Shown in pieces: positions 25,801 through 35,646 of a stretch of DNA of 64,000 bases. Positions within the stretch are counted from its first letter, which is position 1. Each line of letters starts with the position of its first letter. The notes beneath the pieces were generated by a model. That model worked only from the letters and a program-made list of their open reading frames with translations. It was not told the DNA's origin and searched no databases. The stretch spans positions 245,681 through 309,680 of the forward strand of contig QPGO01000095.1 in the NCBI GenBank assembly GCA_008632985.1, in the 5' to 3' direction. The position numbers and the translations under genes are program-made. Origin of the DNA: Psammoneis japonica (taxonomy: Eukaryota).

Positions 25801-27557
25801 ATGTGCAATAGACCCAAGCGTGATAACCGAAGTGGTGTTCCTCGTGCCGTCCTGAAAGACACTATACTCAATGTCAAGAGAAATAGCACTGGTGGCATTG
25901 CTTTTCTGCACTTCATTTTCAAGGATATTTATTGCAGCAATGGCATTCTCACTCGAATCAAGGTACTCCGGCTTGCCTCGAAGTTCTATAATTGGAAGCT
26001 TGCCATTTTCAGCAGCAATCAAAGACTGCGTTGTACCAGATGCCCCCCGGCGTAGTGATTCTGAAGCTTCCTCGAGCATCCTTCGGTCTCGTGCTGGTGC
26101 ATCAGCAAAGGTGAAATCTGGATTGAAGCCTTGCGACACAAGCTGTGAAAATGCCGACTGAACCTCAACGTGATTGTCGGTAAGAGCAAAAAAGGCCATC
26201 ATGGATTCAAAGCACTCATTCTTTCCAGCAATCAAAGTCTCATACATCCGCTGCCCCTTCCAATTTGCTAGCCACTTTGGTACCTTATATGATGCATCGA
26301 GCGCCATAATCTTACTTGTACGCAACCGTCGAGCGTGCATGGAATCGATCCGGTCGCGGTTGTCCGTCGTGATCTTACAGTACATTTCGATCAATAACTT
26401 TTCACTTGGAACACGGCCACAAATATCATTTGAGTCATATTCCGGGAAAGGCTTGAGGTCCTGTACCAATGCCTTCCAGTTTGCATGGCCATCGGTGGGA
26501 AGAGGCTGATTGAGACGGTTCACCAAGAATTCGTCAAACAGCACCTCGCGACAATTGTGACAGTGCCATTGAATTATTTCTATGACCCCTGGAACAGCCG
26601 AAGGGCCCATTCCCTTATCAGCGCATTCAAGTGTCCATTCCATTAACATTTTGTCGACTCCGCTTCTCCAACCAAGGTAGCAAGGGAACAAATAGAACTC
26701 CCCAGGGAAATTCGCTTCCAATTGCGAGAGCACTGCCGGATGATGGGAGCTGAACGTGTACTGCCGCCTCTGGTCTTTTGGAGCGCCATTAGCTGCCTCG
26801 TTCCCATTTATCTTTTTACATTCGTGGCAGATCCATTGGATTGGCGAATTCAAAATGTAGTTCTTGGGCACACCATACACAAACCTGGGGTCGCGATCGT
26901 GGACGTTGATGCCAATGCAGCCCATGCCATTGCACCCCGATATGCATTTTGGTTTCCACCCAGGAATCATAATATCCGGTCGCCAATTAAAGACATCATA
27001 CTCGTAAAATAGCTTCCACGCGTCTCCAACAGTGTCAGGCGTTACGTCTCGTTGAGGAATGAAATCTTTTCCTTTTGACCATAGGAAGCCTCTCCTGACA
27101 TTTTTTGCAGCTTGATTCTGGTCAATATTTTCCATACATTCTCGAAGGATGCCAGAAAACTTGAAGTTATTCTCGTCGTTTTGCTCTGATGGATCCGTCG
27201 TCATGTTGTGCAGCATCCACCATGGCTGTGATTCTTGAGGAGCCTCAAATTCTGACGATTGACTTGCTTCGTCGTCGTTGTTGCTGTCATTCTGGATATC
27301 CCTACCCGCATCATCGACATTATTTTGAGCCGCTGAAGTAGTTGCCCCAACGTTCGCGTGCTCCTCTGGTGCTGCAGCATCGCATCGTCCATGCTGTCGT
27401 CGTCGTCGTCCGCGTTGTCGTTGTTGTTGTCGTTGTTGACGGGAACGAAATAGTTCGTTAAAACGTTGGAGCTAGACACTGGCGCCTTGCGGCGAGCAGC
27501 CATTACAGGAGCTCCAGCTCCAGCTCCAGCTCGTTTTCCGCCCCAACCGCCTGCCAT
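22858..27557 (-). pseudogene. Dada-type transposase with an embedded DEDDy 3'-5' exonuclease and terminal Zn fingers; frameshift ~27380, in-frame TGA at 23647-23649
   Basis: ALDASYK (D1), FADAP (D2), exonuclease (SLDIEY..GSNIRNDL..YGLDAL..HYCSRD), VLGDAFHFMRR (DxxH), RG...ESGH (E). N-terminal CxxC/CxxC and C-terminal CLKC...C. Start MAGGWGGKRAGAG at 27557. Confidence 0.75.
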
Positions 27558-27671
27558 TTTGATGACAACGAGTGGCCAAGAGAGAGGAATCTTTATCTCC
27601 CTCATTGGCAGAAAAGGGTTGCTCGCCTGATGGAGAGTAACGGTGGGAGAGACGACTCTATGGTAAAAAGA

Positions 27672-27896
27672 TGTCAACACAGTACGAACTCATGCGCGAT
27701 ACGCGCGCGCTACACTTGCGCATGCGATTTCCCGCCATCGGTCTTTTTCAACTTTTCTCACAATTACAACATCTAGTGTAACAAGACATTAGCAGCTTTA
27801 CCGATTATACTGTTATCGTTGGCCCTCTTCGCTAGCGATACATCTACTATTCGACTTCAGTCGACTTCTCCTAACTCTCAGACGAGAGTTGTCGCA
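27672..27896 (+). repeat. 5' LTR of the Copia element
   Basis: tgtcaacac...gagttgtcgca; ungapped match to 35027-35251 with 18 differences. Confidence 0.97.
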
Positions 27897-28009
27897 GGTT
27901 GGGAGCCCAAGTGTCGCGCTTGATCACTCCTGCGCTCATCTCTTTCTCTCCGGTGGACGAGAATTGAGCTCCGTACATTTCTACGTACAATTCTACGTGA
28001 GTGTTGCAC

Positions 28010-28385
28010 ATGTCCGAAAGGAACTCTGCGACACTTGACGACCTTGTTGAACAACTACAAGCCCTGCAACTGCAAGAAGTGGAGCTTGTTCGTCGCATTG
28101 CCGCAGAAAGAGAAAACGGCAGAATCGCCTCACTGCGCCAACGCGAGCCGGAACCGCTCGCACTTCTGCTTCAACCACACGAGAACCAACCATCGCGGAT
28201 TTTCGTGTGGGCGACCGAGCAGTTGTCATGAACGAAATTCGTAATTTTCGATGCTCCGTTGCCATCCAAGACCGTCAAGCAACTGTCACTCGCATTGCAG
28301 AACAACGAGTGCACATCCGCACGGATGACGGTAATTCAACGAACCGTCATCCAAAGAACCTGCGTTTTCTCGCGCAATTCGCATG
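28010..28385 (+). pseudogene. Small accessory ORF upstream of gag (coiled coil plus KOW/SH3-like barrel), frameshifted ~28200
   Basis: MSERNSATLDDLVEQLQALQLQEVELVRRIAAERE, then in a second frame FRVGDRAVVMNE...ATVTRIAEQRVHIRTDDGNSTNRHPKNL. Confidence 0.5.
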
Positions 28386-29867
28386 CCAAGCAAAGCAGCA
28401 AGCATTCCACTCCCTCCTTCTCCGCCAGCCAGCATGTCCGAGGTTGCCATCAACGGACGGAAGGTGAAAGTCCGCGCAACGCCGAAAGCGTCGCAAGACA
28501 CTCTTGCTGCTCTCTGCACTGGGGCGCAGAGGAACAGGTTGGATCCTGACAAGCTCAACGACCTCTTTCTGAAGGCGACTTCGAAACAGCAGACAAAATT
28601 TGACCTCCTCAATGTCAACATCAACGATCCTGACAAGCTCGAGGATGCTTGTGACCTCGCGATGTCAATCTCAACCATGCGTTCGAACCATGTTAAGTGC
28701 GACATGGATGACGTCTTCACCATCATCGACCCGGACAAATTCACGACGCGTGATCTTTACAAGGAACACTCCACGATCACTGCAGCAGAGGTTGCCGCAA
28801 GCAACAAATGGCATTCCACCATGCTCGAGGACCCCGATGGGACTTGGGCGAGCCAAAACCTTCGTCTTGCTCACGACTGCTTCGAGCGGAACGCGTCCGT
28901 CGCACTGCAGAAGAAAGTCAACGAGACGCACCTCAAATGTGACCAGGAGGAGCAGGGCAGACCTCTTTTCTTTGTTCTCATGATGAAACTCCTTCAGAGC
29001 AACTCCGAAGAGGCTGCTCGTTGTTTGGTTTCCAACACAACCAACCTCAAGATCACCGACTTCGATGGAGAAGACGTCAGTAAAGTCGTGTCTCTCATTC
29101 GCGGTGGCTGTTCTCGACTCGCCAATCTCCAGGATCAGAAAGGACAGTCTGTCATTCCCACTGATTTTCTGGAGAATCTTGCCAAAGTCTTTCAAATGTC
29201 GAGTGTCCCCGAGTTTAATTCTCTCTTTGAGCACCTCACCAAGGACTCCAAGACTTCCAAACTCAAGCAATCGGGCTCGATGACCGCTGCAATGACCACT
29301 GCGGTGGACGACATCCTGTCCTTCACCGAAGGCGAGCATCTCGCTCTTGTCTCCTCCAACAAGTGGTCCGGCGTGACTGCTGAGACACAGGCAACTTCGT
29401 TTGTTGCGGGTGTCGTCACTTGTTTTAACTGTGGCGGCCCTCATCCTTTGTGCGACTGCAAGAAACCGGTCGACAATGCTCGTGTTCGTGCCAACAAGAA
29501 GCCATTCTTCGATGCGAAACGGGCTCAGTGCAAGAACAACTCTTCAGGATCCTCCTCTTCCGGTCCCTCCACTAAGACCATTCCCAAGAAATGGCAGCCA
29601 CCGACTGAAGCAGAAAAGAACAATGACAATCGCCGCAACATCGATGGTGAGGATCATTGCTGCCATTGCAAAACCAAGCGCTGGTGCCCGGTGACTGAGA
29701 CGGGGAACGTTGCCTCCACTCCTGCCACTGCACCTTCTCCCGCTCCGGCCGCCACGCCTGCCCCGGCACCGGCCTCCGCTCCTGTCACGGATCGAGACCT
29801 CGCCATTGCCAACGCCAAGAAGGAGATGGTCGAAACCATGTCCGGCCTCTTCACCTCCTTCACCTGA
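28383..29867 (+). CDS. gag: Copia Gag (hypermutated)
   Basis: Zinc knuckle CFNCGGPHPLCDC; LKITDFDGEDVSKVVSLIRG; only one Tyr in 494 aa. Confidence 0.85.
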   Translation: MPSKAASIPLPPSPPASMSEVAINGRKVKVRATPKASQDTLAALCTGAQRNRLDPDKLNDLFLKATSKQQTKFDLLNVNINDPDKLEDACDLAMSISTMRSNHVKCDMDDVFTIIDPDKFTTRDLYKEHSTITAAEVAASNKWHSTMLEDPDGTWASQNLRLAHDCFERNASVALQKKVNETHLKCDQEEQGRPLFFVLMMKLLQSNSEEAARCLVSNTTNLKITDFDGEDVSKVVSLIRGGCSRLANLQDQKGQSVIPTDFLENLAKVFQMSSVPEFNSLFEHLTKDSKTSKLKQSGSMTAAMTTAVDDILSFTEGEHLALVSSNKWSGVTAETQATSFVAGVVTCFNCGGPHPLCDCKKPVDNARVRANKKPFFDAKRAQCKNNSSGSSSSGPSTKTIPKKWQPPTEAEKNNDNRRNIDGEDHCCHCKTKRWCPVTETGNVASTPATAPSPAPAATPAPAPASAPVTDRDLAIANAKKEMVETMSGLFTSFT

Positions 29868-29897
29868 AGCTTCGGGCGCGCCTCCTCTCCTGAGCGT

Positions 29898-32800
29898 GTG
29901 GCCCTCTCTTCTTGCTTTTTCAACCAACCGTCCAATCCTGGAAGGGACATCCAGGCTCATTTGTCGGTCGGCCACTTTTTGCTCCTATGGTTCACTCTCC
30001 AGATTCTTGGAGAGGGAGGGACCGAAGCAGTTTCGTCACTTTTTCAGTTGCTGTTTGTTTTGGCAGGTGGATGTTTGTTCTGCTTGCTTCTCTTTTCCAA
30101 GAATCCTTTGCTTTCATGCGACGATCCACCCGACTTTGTTGTTGTTCCTTCTACCGAACCGACCTCATTTCGTCGTCCTCCTGATCGAACTCGGATGACA
30201 CATCATTCTCAGGTACGCCGCTTGGATCGGCGCCCAGTTCGAATCCCACATAGAGACCCCTTGTGGTCCTTCCTTCATCCAACGACTTGGCGTAAACAGC
30301 GCCGAACACCTGTCCCGGACAGTGCAGCGATTGCTGATCCGGATCGCTCCTGTCGAAAATCCAAGTCGTGGAAACTTTCAAGATCGAGACGTCGATCCAA
30401 ACCCAGGAAACCGAAGCCACCTAGATTTGCCCACGTTGATCCTCAACAAGAGGCCGCAGAAGCCTGCGCTCAAATCAAGCACCGCCCATTGCATCTACCT
30501 TCCGAGATGTACGAATTTCCTCATGGTGCGACTCCAACTGATTTCATTGCTTTGCTTGATCCTCTCGGTGACTGCCTGAGGACCAAACCTCGCAGCTCCG
30601 CAACACGAACGGAGCCCTCACCTTTTGCACCTCCAGACGACCCTGAAGCTTCCGAACTAGAAGAGTTCTTCCGCATCAAACACCAACTGCTACACCAAAC
30701 ATGGATCATGTGCGACATGCAGTGCGGTTGTTCGTTAGACGAATTCGTTCAAGGCATCGATCCTTCAGAACAATTCCATTTGATCAAGACACTTGCCTCT
30801 TCCAAAATGTTGCGAGCTTGTGGTCAAGCACCGACACTCTCTTGCGTCACAACCAACTTGTCATGCACGACAACAGCAACCTTTACGAGTGGCTTTGGTG
30901 GAGCAGCTGTGTTCTCTCACCAGACCATGACAGGTCCATCTCACGTTGTTGCATCCGAGCCGGATCCACCATGGCTAACTGAAGATCCAACGCAGTGTGT
31001 CAAGTCCTTCAATGATGCAAGAGATCTCGAAGGCCACCAATGTCAAGCATTGACATCGTGCTCACCCATCGACGCACCTGTTGTTCTCGACACAGGAGCA
31101 TCTTCGTCACTCACACCTCACTCAAGTGACTTTGCAGGACCGCTGGAACCCGTTGATGCCACTGCCATCAACGGATTGTCTTCAAGCACCCGAGCAGTTG
31201 GTCAAGGTTTCATGGAATGGGACGCAATTGATTGTTGGAATGTCATCCGGACCATTCGAACGTGAGCCTGCTGTGTTCCTGATGCTTCCATTCGACTCTT
31301 CAGCCCTCAAGCACATTTTCAAGAGAATGGAAACCAAGGTGAATGTCTCGTACGAGGAAACAAAGCAACCCTCACTCTTCCGAAAGGGGATGCGCTCGAG
31401 TTCCCATGTGACAAGGAAAACAACTTGCCTTTCATGATGATGTCCGAACCAATCTCAGCCGGAGTCACCCAATGCAATTTGGCTCCCATCAGTGCCGAAG
31501 CACGCCTCACTTCGTTTCTTTCTGTCACTTCTCAGACCAATCAGAATCTAACACCCGGCCAGAAGGAGCTTCTTTTGCTCCATCAGAAACTTGGCCATGC
31601 CGGCTTCCAGCACATTCAATGCTTGTGTGCAATGCCACGGGATCCCACTAAATCCCACATTGTCAAGCCTTCAACCCAAGCCGTCTCCAGTTGCACCGCA
31701 CCTTCATGTGCTGCCTGTCAACTCGCAAAGCAGAAACAATGAACACCTGACCGTTGCGGCACCTCCAATCATCCGCCGTTGACTTTGCGACAGGGAGATT
31801 TGGCTCCTGGTCAACGCGTCTCCGTTGATCAGTGCATCAGCCGTGTCCCTGGCCGTCTTCCGACGTCCAAGGGACGCGAACCCAAGAAAGACAAGTGTTG
31901 TGGAGGCACGATTTTTGTTGATCATGCTTCTGCCTGCGTCCATCTGACCCATCAAGTTGGTCTCACCGCAGGTGAAACTGTTCGTGCCAAGCAATCCTTC
32001 GAGCAGCTTAGTGACCAATTTGGGGTCCGCATCAAGTCCCACCTTGCTGACAACGTCCCGTTTGGCACCAAGGCTTTCATGGATGACCTGGAAGAAAACA
32101 ACCAGACTGTTGATTTCTCTGGTGTTGGCACTCATCATCAGAACGGCACAGCCGAGCGCTCCATCCAAACAATCACCTCATGGGCACAAGCCATGCTCCT
32201 GCACGCCATTCTCATGTGGCCTGATGCCGCCAACCTGGAGTTGTGGCCTTTTGCCATGACCCATGCGACCCACTTGTGGAACCACATCCCAAAGTCTGAC
32301 ACTCGCACCGTGCCAGTCGAGATCTTCTCCAAGCAACGCTTTGACACCTGTGCACATCTACAGTGCTTACAAGTGTGGGGTTGCCCCACACATGTTCTTG
32401 ATCCTAAGTTACAAGATGGCAAGAAACTGCCTGAGTGGGACCCCAGGAGTCACCGTGGCCAACATCTCGGCATCTCACCGGATCATTCAACTAACATCGG
32501 CCTCATTCTGAATCTCTCGACAGGCCATGTTAGCCCTCAGCATCACGTGGTCTACGACAACCACTTTGCAACGGCACCCAACAGCGACTCTGGCAGTTTC
32601 TTCCAGGATGTTCCCTTCACTGCCGACCTTTGGGAATCCCTCCTCACCGCCGACTCGCTGGTGCACCATGCTCCGCCTGAGCCTTCCGCCACCGCCAATG
32701 ACCCTCACTGTCGCTTGCCGGCTTTGCACGATGATTGGTTAACACCCGCAGAGCGCCACCATTGCGCTAATCATCGACATGACCGCCGTCAACGTCATCT

Positions 32801-35006
32801 CCAAAACTCCAAAACGGCCCCTCCCACCGTCCTTCCTTCAACCTCTTCCGTCACAGCTCCAGAGGGAGAGCTTCCTACATTGCCCGAATCATCCACTGAC
32901 AATCTAGAATCTGCAACTTCAGAGGCTCCAGAGGGAGTCGAGATCGATGAGTTCAGCGACAACAGCGACAACGAATTGTCGCTTGTTGATCATCACGACT
33001 TGCCTGAAGACCTCGACCTGGGTCCTGCTGAAGCTGAGCCACCTCAACCGGCTCCGAATGCCACCACAACACCTGCTCGGACTCAAAGCGGTTGTTCCGT
33101 CAAGAAGCCGGAACGCTTGATTGAAGCTGTGCATGCCGACATCCGCATTCCGCCCAACGAGTTGCCGAATGCCTGCAAAAATCCCAAACGTGCCATCAAG
33201 TCGGAAACACTGAACAAACAGTTCTTGATGGCCCTGCGTTGGGATGGCGTCATGAATGCACTCCGGTCCAAAGATTTGCATGCAATGCTTGACCTTTTCA
33301 ACAAAAACACCAATCAAGTTCACGGAACACTCGAAGAAATGCACCCTCTTGCCCTCGCAGCGAATGCAAATTCTGCTGATAATCCAACTTGGGAAGAAGC
33401 AATGAATGGCCCTGATCGAGCAGCTTGTCTGAAAGCTTGCGACGTCAAAATCGATTCTCCAGTCAAAGGCAAGGACGCCTGGGAAGAAGTAGACCGCCAA
33501 GATTGGATGAACGTCTTACCATCCACTTGGGCCTTCAAGTGCAAACGACACCCCGATGGGTCGATCCACAAACACAAAGCCCGCTTTTGCGTCCGTGGAG
33601 ACAAGCAATTGGAAGGCATCGACCACTTTGACACCTTTGCTCCAGTTGTCAATTGGACGACCGTGTGGCTTGTGCTCACACTTTCTCAAATTTTGGAACT
33701 TTCGACAAAACAAGTTGATCATGTCACCGCTTTCGTCCATGCTCCAATTGACAAGGATCCCAAATGGGATGCCATGACACCCGAAGAGCGAGAACGCTCT
33801 GGCATCTTCGCACAAATGCCTCGCAGATGCACCAAGCCCGGCAAAGCACTGAAACTCAAACGGACCGTGTGTGGTCTCAAGCAAGGACCTCGCAACTTTT
33901 TCCTGCACCTCAAGTCAAAACTCAAAGACGCTGGATTTCAATCGCAAGACGATGTCGATCCGTGTCTGTTTGCATCCGACAAAGTCATCTGCCTCGTGTG
34001 TGTTGATGATGCACTGTTCTTCTCTCCGAAACAAGATTGTGTCGACGAAGTGATCGAGAAACTCAAAATTGATGGCGGTCTGGCCATCGAAGTTGAAGAT
34101 TCCGTCGCAGGTTTTTTGGGGGTCCACATCGAACGCGACACCGACAATGGTGCTGTCAAGCTCACTCAGAGCGGTCCATCCAAACGTGTCGTCGAAGCCC
34201 TCAACATGGGCCATCCACCAAAGGCCCGAACGCCCACACTGGCCACTCCGTTGGCCAAGGACACCAATGGAGACCCACCAAATGGAGCCTGTAATTGTGC
34301 CAGTGTGGTTGGCATGCTCCAACATCTCCAAGGCCATTCTGGGCCAGACATTGCCTGCGCCGTTAGCTCAGCAGCCAGATTTGTTCATGGCCCTTGTCGC
34401 TCACATGAACTGGCCCTTGAATGGATGGGTCGACACCTGAAGGGCACTCTGGATGAAGGCCCAATCCTCAAGCCATCTGGGGACTTCAACATTGACGTGT
34501 TTGTTGACTCAGATTTTGCTGGACTGTGGCCGCACGAAGACAAGCATGACCCGGCTTGTGTCAAAAGCCGAACAGGATTTGTCGTTTGCATTTCCAACTG
34601 TCCTGTCATTTGGTCCAGTGAGCTTGCACCTGAGATTGCTCTCTCAACAATGGAAGCAGAGCACAGTGCTCTTTCCACTTGCATGAAAACTGTCCTTCCC
34701 TTTCCACGCACTGCACAAGCCATCTCTCAAGGCGCTGGAGTTGGTCCAGGAACTGCCAAGACCACACACACTGCTGTGTGGGAGGACAATGTTGGGGCTT
34801 TGACTCTGGCTGACATGGAACCTGGCCGAGTTACGCCCAGGTCCAAGCACTGCGCAATCAAGTGTCATTGGCTCCGTTCACAGCTCAAACCAAATCGAGT
34901 TGCTGTGTCCAAGATCGCAGCAGACTTGCAACGCGCTGATGTTCTGACCAAAGGTCTTATCACGGTTAAATTCAAGGCCACTCGAAAGTTGCTTTGCGGT
35001 TGGCAG
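29898..35006 (+). pseudogene. pol: Copia Pol (protease, integrase, RT, RNase H), inactivated
   Basis: VVLDTGAS protease; HQKLGH...CAAC; QNGTAER integrase; CLVCVDD RT; DSDFAG/QRADVLTK RNase H. In-frame TGA at 31263 and 31740. The expected terminal stop after LCGW reads CAG (35004-35006). Confidence 0.93.
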
Positions 35007-35026
35007 CTTCTTCGTTCGAGAGGGAG

Positions 35027-35251
35027 TGTCAACACAGCACGAACTCATGCGCCATGCGTGTGCGCTGCACTTGCACACGCGATTTCCCGCCATCGGTCTT
35101 TTTCAACTTTTCTCACAATTGCAACATCCAGTGTAACAAGACATCAGCAGCTTTGCCGATCATGCTGTCATCGTTGGCCCTCTTCGCTAGCGATGCATCT
35201 ACTGTTCGACTTCAGTCGACTTCTCCTAACTCTCAGACGAGAGTTATCGCA
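35027..35251 (+). repeat. 3' LTR of the Copia element
   Basis: Follows the PPT; ends tatcgCA, followed by TSD AAAGA. Confidence 0.97.
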
Positions 35252-35646
35252 AAAGACAGCCAAATAGAAAGCACTGCGACGTCAGCTATAACATAGAGTG
35301 TGCTAATTAAAACGCACTGCGCGCAATCCCTCTCCATCAGCATAGCATGTTGACCGCCAGCCTGGCGCACAAATGCGAGACTACCTACCGGCGGATGCGC
35401 GCCCGCGCGTGCGTTGATGCGGTCGTGCCAACGAAAAACATCCACAAAACGACAACGGGCAAGGTGGGTGTATTATTCAACGTGTCACTTTCAATTGCAT
35501 ATCGATAGCAAGAAGTGCTTGTTCATAGTACTAAACAACACTTCGATAGCTCGAATAGAAGTTGAGTCTCTGGTGGTTTCCACAAAAGCTGAAAGATTGA
35601 AAGAAATTGTAGCAAGCAGTTTTGATTCTTCTTTAGGTTTTCAAAA

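Larger units (their letters stand above)
27672..35251 (+). mobile_element. Full-length Ty1/Copia (CoDi-type) LTR retrotransposon, 7580 bp, TpA-hypermutated
   Basis: Two 225-bp TG...CA LTRs; 5-bp TSD AAAGA (27667-27671, 35252-35256); PBS-like GGTTGGGAGCCCA after the 5' LTR; PPT GAGAGGGAG (35018-35026); gag-PR-INT-RT-RH order. Confidence 0.97.
22840..35405 (-). mobile_element. Dada-like DDE DNA transposon (boundaries approximate), interrupted by a Copia insertion at 27672
   Basis: Occupies a gap that is absent from copy A (19560-19660) between the membrane and ankyrin genes. Encodes the transposase described in the next feature. No long TIRs seen. Confidence 0.65.

Noticed and set aside
23647..31742. 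In-frame TGA codons in the transposase and Pol as programmed readthrough or selenocysteine
   Set aside because: They are most simply CGA->TGA deamination in inactivated elements; no SECIS or readthrough evidence.
28383..35006. Alternative genetic code or Tyr avoidance in the elements
   Set aside because: Host genes and the unmutated half of the Dada ORF use TAY normally, and non-coding LTR and intergenic TAs are lost equally.
27672..35251. Classical RIP (CpA->TpA) as the explanation for the TA<->CA/TG differences
   Set aside because: Direction is fixed by catalytic and conserved residues (YVDD->CVDD, YGLKQ->CGLKQ), by the lost terminal stop and by TpA depletion; RIP would enrich TpA and stops.
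27672..35251. ADAR-type RNA editing or RT error fixed during retrotransposition
   Set aside because: Changes occur on both strands, differ between the two LTRs, and also affect a DNA transposon and duplicated host genes.
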